A DNA stretch of 64,000 nt from Catajapyx aquilonaris (lineage: Eukaryota): positions 1 through 64,000 of the forward strand of contig KZ538535.1 of assembly GCA_000934665.2 (NCBI GenBank). The letters are read 5' to 3'. The notes beneath the pieces were generated by a model, which worked only from the letters and a program-made list of their open reading frames with translations, did no database searches and was not told the origin of the DNA. Positions 37,426 through 50,763 of this stretch are shown here, one piece after another. A program made the position numbers and the translations under genes. The first letter of the stretch is position 1. The number at the start of each line of letters is the position of its first letter.

Positions 37426-39893
37426 AGTTGCTTGCAATTAGAGGAACAGTGACATTGCGATGGACAAGCAGGCTTTAAATCTCATTGCACAAACTGACCC
37501 AAAGTGGTAGGACTTGAATAATAATGTCACCGTGGCTGCAGGGTTGGGGACAAATCCGGGATTATTCGGGGCATGCTTTCATTTATTTCCAATGCTGCCG
37601 ATACATTTCGATAGAATGATAGTACTGCTGATGAAAAGGGTGAGGGAGAGGCAGGGAGGATGGGAGGGCAGCCATGCACATTACCGGTCTCGTGTCGTAT
37701 GACTTCAGTCAGGGACCGGGGGGGGGGGGNGGGGGGGGGAGAGGAGGGGTATGGGAGTTGGGCTGGAAAGAGAATATTTATAGGCTACACATCATTTAAC
37801 GCGGGTCGTTAAGACATTTATATCCCTCTCTGCAGCAGCAGCGGCGGCAGCAGCAGTAGCATTTTCCTTTTCTGGGTGAGGCTGCGAGTATCGCACAATC
37901 CCTAGCCCATTAATAAGGGAATCTTTTTGTGCGTGTTCCACACAGCACACTCGGCACTTGTACGGACGTCGGCAAGGAACACGAAAATGATAAATGTGCC
38001 AACACGTCCAGAGTTCCCAGCCATTCGTTCCGAGGAGAGCAGTTCCATAAAGATATTCCCGTGCTATCTCTCGACACAGAAATATAACGCGGAGGGGATC
38101 CTAATGACTTGGGACTATTAAGGCCGACCAAAGAGGCCTTCCTTTTTGTTTCTATTATTACAAGAGGTAGGCTATCTGGTACATCTGAAAGATATAAATA
38201 ACCTTTTTAGCTTGGCGAAATTATTTTCAATGGTGTCTGACTAGCCATAACTTATTCGAAATTCTTGCGCCCAAGGTTTACTTATGTCATCTTTTTTCCC
38301 CCTCTGCAATGCTAGTACCGTGTGACCCAGAAATAAGTAGAGATCCGTATCGAAAAGGAACGTCGAGCACACTTTTCCTTATCGCCTGACCTTCAGGTGA
38401 AGCATCTGGCAATTAGACACGAATAGCGGCCTTCACCCTATTGGATGATGAACGTGCCCTATCAAAGCTACCTGCATGCGTGTCTTCTGCACCCCTATTC
38501 GTTTAAACTCTTAAATATCAAACCAACACTTTTAGTTCTTAAGGGTAACCAATAAGCAGCCAGAAGGTATAAGTTAGACGTAGATTTGCTGGATTTAAAG
38601 ATATCGCTTCACTTTTTGCGTCCTTAAAGTTTTGCGCTACCTGTACGAGTAGCATAGTTATGAATAACATTGGAGCTCACCAGGGCTAGTAGTTTTTAAA
38701 GCTGGGTAAACTAATGGGCGCTTTCTCTTGTGGTCACTAATTTCCTATATTAATTTCTGGAGCATGCTTTCCCTAAATAATCGACTTTTTTGTTTAATTT
38801 AGTGGAATAACTGTCTGCGTCACTGCTGTAGAGAGATGAAAATGCCAGTGGCACACACTATTATTATATTTCAAATTGTGGCAGTTAATATTTAGTGTCC
38901 CGTCTTTCTTCTTTTTTCTTCCTTTTTTCTCAACTCCAAGCCAGACCACCCTAGGAGATCCATCCTTCTAAAATGTTTATATCCCGGAAACTATTGCACA
39001 CAGTAAATTATATAACAGTAATATATTTTAATGCTGCTCTTCGTGACAGCACTGACTCCCTCTTTTTATCATCATCCCTATTCTCCACCTGACTGCATAT
39101 TGATTTTAGGATGCAGAAAGAATCTCTTAAGAAATCCACGTAATCACAGCATAAATCCAGCTTCAGATTTTGTGGTAAAAAATTCTTCTCGAACTACTGT
39201 ACCAACATGACCACTCCGCCAACATCAGGATGCAGCCACTCGTAGTAAATATATGGACTCAATAATAAATGATGACCACATGCAGCTTCATGTCCTTTTG
39301 TCTGAAGAAACAAAAACGGTGCAAATGCAGTTGAGGCACCAACACACACAAAAAAAAAGAAAGACGAATCATACAGCAGCAGCTGTCGGAGCAAAGAGCA
39401 TCGTTTATCACTCCCATCGGACAGGAGATTGTTATGGTATCTGGCAAGTTCCAGTGCTGGATGAAATGGCTGCGGAAAGTCATGTCACTGCTCACTCGGA
39501 TGCTGCATGGCCAGCAGAGTCAAGCTGTAACCTGCGTCCTTTCACTCGACTATTCGCCATTTTTTGGCTCGTACTAAGCATTCCTGGCTTGACGTCCGCA
39601 TTAGTGAAGCGTACCACATAACCCCGCCGGTTCTTCTTAGCACAGTAAAACTGAAGCCTGGTACAAAGTTGTTTGTCGGAACTGTTCAATTTTCTGCCAG
39701 GATCTGAGAGGTTGATGCTCTCACCTTAATGAAAGGATTATCATCCGGCTGCGAAATAAGAACCATTTGTAATCACTGCCTCTTGGCATGACCCCCGAGG
39801 ACAATTTTCTGAATGGTGCATTGAACCAGATGCGCGAGAAAACAGCGCCAAGCATCTATTTCGTTCATATGTAGTACAGTCTCCAGTTATGTA

Positions 39894-40331
39894 CTACTAG
39901 CTGCGGCACCCGGCGTTGCCCGGGAAGAAATGAATGAAGGGAAAACACCTGCCAGTACCCCCGTCAACTGTCTGTCTTTCTGTGTGTCCGGCCACCAATT
40001 CCATCTGTGGTCCTGCTACTCCAACACCTTGAACCTCTCCCGCCTGTATAACGGCAACCGTCATTTGCCTGCCATCTGTAGTCAACCCCCAACACCTCCA
40101 TCCTCTCCCGGCCTGGGGGTGAGCACAGATGGCAGGCAAATGACGGTTGGCAGGCGGACAGACAGACTCACAAACGGCTTTATTTATATAGATGGGGCTC
40201 AAATTGTTTTGGCCACTTTATCCTGGTCTTGAAGCAACCCTTCGCACATGCCCCAATGTGAGCAAGTGTGTCTGTGTGAATAGTAGCTTCAAGACCAGGA
40301 TAAAGTGGCCAAAACAATTTGAGCCCCATAG
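39894..40331. mobile_element. CTAT...ATAG MITE family, copy 3, interrupted by a Helitron
   Basis: Removing 39897-40192 restores gTA-CTATGGGGCTCAAATTGTTTTGGCC, which mirrors the right end GGCCAAAACAATTTGAGCCCCATAG-TAc. Confidence 0.9.
39897..40192 (-). mobile_element. Non-autonomous Helitron (296 bp)
   Basis: Minus strand starts TC(TATATAAATAAAG) and ends CTAG. A GC hairpin CCCGGGCAACGCCGGG lies ~12 nt before the 3' end. Inserted between A and T with no TSD. Confidence 0.9.
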
Positions 40332-40333
40332 TA

Positions 40334-40483
40334 CTATGGCCCAAACAAGGATTGTCGCCGGTTGGATGCAACCCATTGCACAGGTGTGCATTGTGTGTCC
40401 ACAAAGACAGCTAAGGAGGCTCCTATGCCGAGCAAAGCAGATAAGGGACGAGGTCAGATAGACAATCCTTGTTTGGGTGATAG
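40334..40483. mobile_element. Second CTAT...ATAG-ended MITE with a different internal sequence, directly abutting copy 3
   Basis: TIR CTAT(GG/CA)CCCAAACAAGGATTGTC, 21 of 23 matching. TA at 40332-40333 (shared with copy 3) and at 40484-40485. Confidence 0.8.
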
Positions 40484-40493
40484 TACACTGAAT

Positions 40494-40603
40494 CAGGTTT
40501 AGCCTGAAGGTAGGCAACCCGCACCAACCAGACAAGTTCAAACAATAATCATGTGTCACCTCTGCGTGATAGTGCGGTTGGCCTACCTTTCAGGCTAAAC
40601 CTG
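40494..40603. mobile_element. Short inverted-repeat element (MITE-like)
   Basis: CAGGTTTAGCCTGAAGGTAGGCAACCCGCAC ... GTGCGGTTGGCCTACCTTTCAGGCTAAACCTG. No clear TSD. Confidence 0.7.
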
Positions 40604-43410
40604 CTACCTTTATTGCACTGGCGATTGTACAGTACGTTACAATAACTACGCAAATCCCGGCTGGTCCGGCTTGTAAAATAATAGCGACGTCACTGTCAAA
40701 GTGTGTTGGTGTCAGCTTCACTAAGCAACGCCAGTTGTCAAACCAAATTTTGACCATCTGGATTTGCATTCCATTAACTGTGCAATCCTCTCCATCCGTT
40801 CCCTTCCGGATTCTGGTTACCGGATAGTTTAAATGGCGTTTTGTGGGAATTGGCCATGGAAACCCACCCTTTCAACCTTGATTTGGAAAAGCGGTTTTTT
40901 TTTCGGTTTCCAAGCGAATATTAAGGGCAAGGATATGAAGGGGCGTTAATCCTTTGAGTCCGATGCTGAGCGAGGAGCTCATCAACTTGAGCGACTTAAA
41001 GTGAGAAAGCACAAAGTAATATTAATGAAAATACTGTATTTACTGTTTCCATCTTCAGCCACATAAAAGCCTGGAGCGCGTTCCTTGCTGTCGTAAAATG
41101 AAACTGAAGTCTCATTTCGCCGCCCTAGAGAGCCTTACACGGGCTTACTTTTCAGCAAGTTCAGATTTGTGCGGTACAGGAGAGCGGATGAAAGCACGCC
41201 CGAAAGCTTCTTTATGCAGTTTTCAACCAAATGGGCTTTCAACGTTTCCATGGTTTGGTTAATGTGCCCCCAGCCTCGCATTTTACCAGCATTTGGGCAT
41301 TGTCCACGGAAATACTCCAAATGCCTCGCTTTCAACCTGCGTCACACCGCCACTCTTGCCATACTTGCACCATTTTCATCTTCCCTGATTTTTTTTTCTT
41401 CTCAAAAGTACTTTTAAGTTGATCATTATTAGCCTGCGACACCCTAGAATGATACAAATTTTCAAAATGGCGTCAGTACCATCTGGAAACTATTCTTTTT
41501 TTGTTTTTAAAAAAATGGCAGGGTGTTGGCCAAAAAATTGCTTCCAGCCCGTTACAAATGTTAATATTACTGGAACAATAGGGCGCCCCTGCACAAGAGG
41601 ATAATATTAGTCGCAGCAATGTAAAACACTTTTTTTAATGCCCATATTAGTCACCCTTGATAGCGCCAGGATTTTCTGCCTAGATAGCGTGAGAATTAGT
41701 TTGCATTGTTGGAGCATAGGCTATAGAGTCAAACTTTGAAGAGAGCTCTTAAGCCTATTAGCGAGAGCCGTTGCAGCTTATGAATTGGTGGTAAGGGTCG
41801 CAGCAGGGAGAGGGTTGTGGTGTGGGGGAGGATCAATTTTTATCACTGGCCCGCGGCCATGCATGTGGGGGCAGGAGGGGTTGGAACCGAGGTGGGAGGC
41901 AGGGGAGGTAGGGGACCACTGAAATATGAGAGAACAACCCATTATCTCAATTCGAACAGAGGTGTTAACCCTTCACATTGAGTAATGATGGTGGATCATA
42001 AATTCAGGCACGTTTGTAGCCTCCACAATACTGTATACTTTGGGCACCCTGATATGGGCCAGGCGAAGGCCCAAATCTGGTCACTTCCCCATTCTGGCCA
42101 AAACAGAGATGAGGTCCCCAAAAAGTGCATAAACGCGCGGCTTTCAATAAATCAGGAACTGGCCTACAACATCCTCTGGCCATTATTAATCAGGGGCACT
42201 AATACCCGAAGAAATGTGACCCACCTTTTTCATAAAAGCATTAGGTGGAGGGGAAAAAAAATTGTGATGAATTTTTAAGGCTTCCGACAATAGCAACATA
42301 GCGGCTATAAATTTTATGAATGTGTGTAGCTCCATCTGCCTATCCCTTCCTACCTACTGTACCCATACTGGCACGCATTAGTAAGCGCCAACGCCAAACC
42401 TAATTATCCCAACAACCAAGGCTTCTCTAGTTAACAGCATGCGCATACACCCACGAACTCTCTGCAAAAAATGTTTCAAATCTCTTATTGATTCAGTAGC
42501 CAACTGGCTGAATTTACAAGAATGCGGAAGCCACTACTGGAAAAAAATACATTTCTTTTTTTTAAATGTCAGTCGACGAATATTGTACTAGAGCAGATTG
42601 CTATTGAAATAGACAGTCCGGGCGTCACGTTTTCCTCGATAGTTGGAAAGCCCTACCTCGCGCGTCCATTAACCTGCTCCACTCTTAAATTTGTGTTTTA
42701 TTACGGTAATTGTTTGTGCTTCGTTTGTTCCGGCTTGTGCCAAAACCCCATCGTTTTTGCTTTTACGGTTCCGGAGATACGGGACATTACTTTTTGGGAG
42801 GCAGTCCCTCCCTATTGCAAAAAAAAAAAACGTTTTTGACTATGCCATTAGTTTGTGCTACTTTTAGGGCTGTTTGGCCAGAAACACGTACTGCACTGAG
42901 TATATGTTCATGCACAGATGTGCTCTACAAGTATGCAATTGACATACCTGCAGAAGAAAATATGTAACGTGCCATACAGGTACGGTTTAGCAGTGTAGGT
43001 TTTCGTGCTTGTATGCTGAATTTCAAAAAAAAAAAAAAAATTACGTTCACAATGGTATGGGTAAATTATAATTCATATTTTATATATTTAATTCTTCGCC
43101 CCTGTGAATAATGTGGGTGCTCAAGCCTAGTGCGTACATCAGAAAAGGTCATTGTTGTCATTTGGGGGGGGGGGGGGGGGTCCCGTGTGGCTGTGACATT
43201 TGAGGTTAGGTGCCCTAACACGAAAATCAACCTGACTCTTCATATAACCTTATTGACATTAAATTTATTTTCTAATCACATGCAATGTTCGGACACTGCA
43301 GCATAACAACAATAGACTATGCTTTTTTTTGCATAACACTGGAGTGCATCAACTTTTGTGGGCGTAACGTCACACACATACATCCAGCTATCCCCTCCCC
43401 GCCTCTTTCG

Positions 43411-43436
43411 GAGTGACGTAATTTATGGACGGTCCT
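43411..43436. mobile_element. Solo PIF/Harbinger-like MITE terminus
   Basis: GTGACGTAATTTATGGACGGTCC resembles common Harbinger MITE ends. The partner end was not found. Confidence 0.4.
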
Positions 43437-46400
43437 AGTCCCTTGTTGTGAAGGGTAGTATTGTGCGCGCAGCAAGTAAGCCTAACGTAACTATAGTCGA
43501 GTATTGGTGGGTTGCGCGTTAGTGAAACCCTGCGGCACAATAATCCTAATTGCATCGCTTGCAAGACTATAAAAGAAAATGAGCATGGATGCTGGTCCTC
43601 TCTTCAGGCAGACAGACAGGCCACTAGCTAGCAGCCGTCTGGAATATCAAATGGCGAATCGGTGTTAATCTCGGTGGACAGTGATGTATGCGGGACGGTG
43701 GTTGACTTGGATGGACACCAGAGCCCCATTAAACGCATACTTGATTATGGCCAATGTCAGGGAACGCTGTGCTGGACACCGGGTGTGCCAAGCCTCTGCT
43801 CGGTCCACCACCAATTACAACTCGGCACAGGTCCCCCACTTTTTTAGGAACGGGGGGCATACCAAACTAGGTCCTAATACGCCGAACTGGACTTGCAAAC
43901 TATTGTTTTCTCTTGTGTGTCTCCGGATGTGATGGACATTGGTCTCATTCGGGTGCTGATTTTTTGTTCGTGCTGGTAGTGTTATTCTGAATGCTTGAAA
44001 CGAGCCAATGCATGTTGTTACACTGGAATATGGAATATTCCATCTTTGTTCCACTTGCGCGTGACATTTTCAGTACAAAGCTTTTACATTGTTTCACTTG
44101 GTTTAGCAACATCGGTGGTCAATGAAACTAGCGTAATGGGACAAAGAGGCTGGGGGGAAAAAAAGGATCGGAAATATGAAGCGAGAGTCAGTGAATCCTG
44201 TCGAAACTGACACATTTGATCAGTTACGTCCATTTTTGCCTCCTAAATTCAGAAATGGCAACACGCAGGAATTCTGATAATATTGTTTCAATACTATACA
44301 TGTTCACAGTTGGAAGTTTGGATTTCATTATTGACTCACCCTGTAAAACATCCGTAACTTCATGTCGCATAAGAAAATTCAAAGTTCCTGTCACCGCATG
44401 CATAACAATGAACCATTGATAACAGGTGCAAACCACCTCCGGAGTTGTGTAAACCGTTTAGTAAGCCCCTAAATAGTTTTGCAAACAGAGAATTTAACAG
44501 CGATAATGTAGAGCCGTTGAGCAAACCCTTGAAATTAGAAACGTGTTGCACGTTATAAAAAGTCAGTGGAGGGGATCTGACATTCCCTGCAGTGATTGTT
44601 AACAACAATGGGAAGAGAAATTCCGTTCCTGAAAAATCCATTGCTCGCTTTGGGAACGCATCATGTTTACGCCTCCCGGGGGGCATTCTCGCGTCGCGGG
44701 TGGGGAAAAAAAGTCGCAGCAACATGCAAATAAACCTGCACATATTGGGCTTGTGTATGCGACAAAGCGCGATTTTGATGCTTTATGATGACAGTTTCCG
44801 TGGTTTGTAGATATCACTCTGACGACATATGATGATGTCATATTGGCTCTGCACTCTACACTGCTATTGTGAAAGAGCAGTCGCGCTTCAGCCTCGTCCT
44901 AACCCTCAGGTCCTTCTAAAATGGCTGCCACCGTCAATGAATTACACTCGGGCACGCAATAAAAAATAATGGAAATCGCTCCCTGTCCAGGGCACTGGTC
45001 ATCAGGCTGAATTTTCATTACAGAGTATGACAAGTCACCTCTGTGGAAAATTCAAAATGGCGCCCCACGTCCCAAAACTGGCCAGTTTATATGTCCCGTC
45101 ATCAAAGAATGGCGAAAAAAGGAAACCTGGTGGTATCGACTGCCTGGAAGGGAAGTCGGGTTGCAGCAGAGAAAAAAAAAATTGATGCCATCAATCAAAT
45201 GACGGAGGAATTCACTGCCCTCCGCCAGTGGAGTCCTTCTATATTCTCCGCATCAGCAGAATTGAGCTGCCAAAGTGGCTTCCTTGTGGACAAGGGACAT
45301 TGCCGTCCTGACTATAAAATGTCGCCTCAACAACTTCGCCTCGGTCAACTGGAGTAGTAAAAGTCACCGTCATTTTCAAGAGACCATTTGTGTTCAATCG
45401 GAGTTAAGATATCTTATTAATTTGCATATTAGGCCAGTCAACCCTGGCAGGTTACTGAACTGCTGTCATCATTTGTCACATAGCCCTACTACTGGTTTTT
45501 CAGCTTTAGAATCGGGTATTATTGCATTGCGAAACGTGTTTGGTTTATGATTATTTAATTTGCGCGCATTAATTTTGTAGCACACACATATAACAAAAAC
45601 AGCGATGGCATGCTTGTCCGGAGCATTACGTGGCATTATGAACTATAAATTTCTGCCAACTTCTGCTTCCGGGCGTGCAGCATTTCCTGCCGGGCCATTC
45701 CATCTCAGATGTCAGGTTTATGGCTTCTATTCTTTTCAACATAATGTATGTGGTAGGCCCTACGACAGCCGGACTGTATTATGCCCTCCAAACATTTATT
45801 CAGAAGAAAAGTTATATTTATCGATTTATTTTTTGCGCAATTTGTGAGATCTGACCTGCCTATATAGGTCATCTCTCCTGTCCACGCAGGGTCCTGGTCG
45901 TAGGCTAGCCTCGTTCCCGGCTGTCTCACGACTCACTATACAACTCACCCCAGGTCCACCCCAGGTCCACCCCAGACTCTTGACGAAATTGCCAACTCGC
46001 AACTACTCCATCTACCGGATGTGTGGAATATCACAAATTATTACCACCTTTAGTATACATCCTGCTCCAGCAGACTAAACAATTCACCCCGGACATATAT
46101 TGTTCATTAAATTTTTTAAAAATGTTCACAGTTCGAGTACTCACACGTATTGCACAAACAAGAGGTTCTTCCTGTGGTGAATTCCAGAACTTGCCCTAGC
46201 AGTTTCGGGAGAGATTTACTGAATTGCTCTAATTACCTTGCATAACCAAATTATAAAGCCAAGCGGCCCAATTCACTTATTCACTCACGGACCAAAAGAA
46301 TTTGATTTTCTCGACATATACAGGGATGAAACCTGGCTCAACCCGAGCGAAAGTGTTAATCCAATAATAAATTCTTCCCCACCAAAATATGAACTGTTAC

Positions 46401-46716
46401 ACAAACAATTAGGTCTACCTCAGCTCATTGTTACTTAATTTACTTCACGACCTTTAGGGTTCATTCTACGATTGACATCATATTTGTGGTGATAGTCAGA
46501 GACCGACACGTGTTACTCTGCTTACCTCGAAATGTTTGCGTTGAGCCTTCAGTGGCTCCTTAATAATTTTCTTGGAACCTGGAAAATATCGACCTGAAGC
46601 TGCGAGCTTGGCAGGCCACTTAGGAAAGAGAAAGGAAAAGTAAACTGAGACACTGTAATTGCGCTTCAGCACCGTCAAGTGATGGCATTCCCTCGAAAAT
46701 GCCAAGCACACAAAAG

Positions 46717-46789
<73 letters not shown>
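46717..46789. repeat. (ATT)n microsatellite
   Basis: Uninterrupted ATT run. Confidence 0.95.
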
Positions 46790-49700
46790 GAGGAAGGGTT
46801 GTAGTGTCAATTTAAGGTAACACGTCGAGTGATGCTTCTGCTTGAAGTGACAAGATTGCTGGGATGTGCGCTTGCTTGTAAATCCAATTACTCCTGTCAT
46901 ACCATGTGGAAAGATTCATCAAGAACTCATAATCTGGCGACGTAACATGCGCCTTGAGTATTGCGGCTCTCAAGCAGCTTCCAGATGCCTGTCAACGTTG
47001 ATGCAGAACAAAAAAGTAGACAATGCACTTTTTTTTAAATTGTTCAGCATCCACGTTCCATTTTTGGGTACTTATGTAAGTCCTTCACCTGAACCAAGAT
47101 AGAGCAACCCTCTTTTGAAACCGCATCCTCAATTGCGATGATAGCCTAGTGCATTTGGGCGAGGGGCTAATTCTGAAATGGCCCCCTTCATTCCCATTGT
47201 GGTGGCACTTGGTGCACTACCAGCCCAATTTGATTCCGTCGACCAAAGCGGTTGTTCCGACACATACCGACTCTTACTAGCTCAAAAAAAGTTTAGGTTA
47301 CATGTGTTGTTTTTTACATCCCAATTTTTTTTGGCCTGTGTCACATGTGTACGTGCGTTCTGGTGGTAAGGGAGGATAATAAAGAGCGCAGGAACAGACT
47401 AGATGTACAGCCATGTATTATTGCGAGCCATCATTGTTCCCCTACAGAGCTCTCTCTACAAAATCCTCCTCCTCTTCCCCCAGCCCCCCCGTCCCCTGCC
47501 GGCCGCGTTTCCCTGAATAATATATCCGAGGAAGCCCGGCATTGGTCGTCTGTATGCAGGGCATTTCACGGACCATTGGCTCCCGATTGTCACAACGACA
47601 GGATCCACATGTCAGCCCTGCTCATTCTCCTGCCTAAACCACGCCACTGTTTGCCAGGGAAATAGAGGGAGGCGTGGGCCAGGGGGTGTATAGGAAAACT
47701 AGTGGGGAGGAAGGGGGTTACTTTTGCACTAGGACAACCCAGTTGGCTTGTATCTGTTACAGGGAGGGACCAACTCCAAATCCACCAACATTAAGCTTAA
47801 TCCTTATGGGCAATAAGGGTTCAAGTGGCCAACAGAAAAAGAAGGTGGGCTTCCACATGTATACAGTATGTGATCGATATATATATATTTTTTTTGGCAA
47901 GTTCTCCGGGACTGGAAATCAATCATATGCGAGCTTTCACGTATGCTGCGACATTTGAACATTAATTTAGCTCGGTTCAAGCGGCTATGGCACCGAGCGT
48001 AATTTATGAAAGAAATTAACATATATTACAAACAGCGCACAGCGCATTCCAATCGAAGCGCCGTCTGATAAAACTTGTATGTTAGTGATTATCCAATCTC
48101 GTCCAAATGGCTCTTGCAAACGGCTGTGGCGGGAAATGCAGGTCAGCCTAGTAGTCATATTGATCAGAGTCCAGGTCAGTTACAGGGTGTTGAAAATATT
48201 CCGACTTTTGTGGGAGATTTACACAGTTTTGGAATATCTCCAAAATTATATAGGCTTAATCGATATATTTTAATACTTCTACAGTATATACGTGGTTCAG
48301 TATAGTTTACACTTAAAATTCTCATAACGTTAAAGAGCATTATAGATTCAGTTGTTTGAACAGGTAGGAAGATGTTGAGTTTGCTGAACTCTGTACTGTG
48401 ACTGTTCAAATATACCTGTACCATATCTGTAGTAGCATGACACTGTAACAATTTGGATAGAGCCAACATATCTCCTACATTATAATGTGCAGTATACTGC
48501 ACTGTAGCATAAATGTAAATTCTGCAATGTCTAGTTCACGGACTGGAAAAGACTGTGTATTCATAAGCTTGAGGTTTTTTGTGCTATACTGTATATATTC
48601 CGGAAGTTCGCTATTAGGTATGGTTTGTTATCATTTTAATTGATTTTCACGGCAGGTTGAATGTGTTTTATGCTAAAGAGACATAGTTGTTCATTTATTA
48701 TTCACGAACACGCTTTAACTTTTGAAAAAATTGTTTCGCATGCGGTTTATACAGTACGTCTCATTATACAAGATGGTAGTGTTCCTTCAGGTGCTGACGC
48801 CCTTGAATTTTCGCTATTACTGTTACAGTAATAACGCCTGCATTAGCACTGGTAACACTCACCAACCACATTTTTAAATGAACATCGTACTTAAAGCGAC
48901 AGCCACGGTGAAACAGCACTGTAACTATGTTGTCACGTTTCCCTTGCCAGAGGGAGTTCCCTTCATGCGATCATTTTTCCCCAATACATCAATTTAAATC
49001 ACATGGAGAGGTGTCATTTTCTCATGAGAAGTGTAAACCGAAAATTTTACACATTTCCGTTTGTCATCTGTGATGGTCACAGCTTCATATGCAGATGAGA
49101 GATGGCAGAAGGCAAAACAAAAACTTTCGGCAAGAAGTGATTAATTTAAGTTGAAAAGCACCATTCCGCAAACCTTGTCCTATTTCTACGTGCTCTCGAC
49201 ATGCTCTCATCTCGCTGTTCTTGTTCAATTTTTGTTATGCTGAAATCCACGTTCTCGTGGTCATCCGGTGCATAAATGAGATAGCCGTTTGTAGCGATTA
49301 CTTTTGAATTATTTACATGCAGTTGGCCGACCATTCGCTTTGTGTTTTGCCTACCATACGCAACCGTAAAGCTCGAATTAATAATATTGTATTTCACGCT
49401 ACGTCACAGCGCATCACTTTTGGCCAACAAATCCGCCGCGGCTATGCATTTAGCTTATGAAGGTGGTCCCGCAGAAAGAGTAGGCCTATACTACAGTATA
49501 TCTGGATTAACATAATTCTACGCCCGGTACTTTCGGGTCTGTGCATTTAATTAAAATTCGCTAAGTGCCATCCGGAAGAGTCGGCCATTGCCCCCTATTT
49601 ATTTATTTTTTCGCTGGCCACTGGCAGCACCCAGAGCCCTGGAAAAGACAAAACAATTCGCAATCACGGGAGTGCACCCCATTGACAATATCTCCTACAA

Positions 49701-50501
49701 AATGCTCCTGATAGCTCCTGATCGATTGATTGAAGCATGCTACAAGTGAGGCACGTGTTGGCAACCATACACGAATTTTTTCTCTTGTGTAATCGCCCCG
49801 CATTTAGCCCTAGGCTTCCTTTTCCTCGTTTGTGCCTTTCTGTGTACCACGAAAAGACCAGCACTGGACCGCAGGCGCTGTTTGAATTACAAAGCACCTT
49901 CATTAGGGAACCCTTAGTCCCCAGGCTACTCCTTCCGAGTAGTTTAGCTCCTGGACATCGCATTAATTGAGAGAACCTCGACTGAGGCGAAAGAGACCAA
50001 GACTATACCTCCAGCTTCCGAGTGTCTCCTGCATATATGCTCTCTCAGAACAGGGTGAAGAGGAAACTTCGGCTTATTTTTTGGCTGCCATGTTATTCAG
50101 TATAACTTCGAGCTACTGCAGTATTATATTCCTATGGTTGCACAGGGGTTGTACTCTGAAGCATTAGCACACACTCTTTAGACTTCTGATTAACAACAAA
50201 CTGTAAGTTATACGGCTTCAAGTGCCATGTCCTAATGTGCTGATATAGTTTGGAGGTAATGTTGAACGTGATGCGTCGCTTCCATGGCTCTTCGCGCGCG
50301 GAAAACGCTGACAACAGGCCTGCTGCTGCGGTCACATGTCATGAAACTGACTACTTCGACTCATGTTTCAGTTGGTTGATTAATCTACGTAGCAGTAATA
50401 AAGGACTTGTTCTAGGTTTAAGGGACTATGCCTGGAGTGAATGTTTATGGCGGAAATGGCGTCAAATAATGTCAGGATTTTTGAAAAATTAAACTCAATT
50501 A

Positions 50502-50763
50502 CCGAAGCAGGTTGGCATAGTGGATAAGGCGTCCGACTGCTAATCGGGAGGTCCTGGGTTCGAATCCCGGGGCCGGCAACTCTGACCGTGGTTTTCTGTG
50601 GTTTCCCACGGTCCTTCCAGGGAAATTCCGGAGTTGCTTCCCGCGTAATTAATAGGCCACAGCCGCTTCCTTCCGTCCCTATCCTATCCCAATGAGCACA
50701 GTAAAATGAAAGCAAAGAGTTCCAGCCCCCTAAAAGAGCCGATGGCTGATAACGGGGTATTAA
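50502..50763 (+). mobile_element. tRNA-derived SINE
   Basis: A box TGGCATAGTGG, anticodon-like arm TCCGA-CTGCTAA-TCGGG, B box GGTTCGAATCC. Core GGTTTTCTGTGGTTTCCC...TAGGCCACAGCCGCTTCCTTCC. 3' hairpin ending ATAACGGGGTA. 18-bp TSD AAAAATTAAACTCAATTA (50484-50501, 50764-50781). Confidence 0.92.

Noticed and set aside
50505..50580. Functional tRNA-Ser(GCT), and likewise the other tRNA-like heads
   Set aside because: No proper acceptor stem or long variable arm. The sequence continues into a SINE body and tail and is bounded by a TSD.
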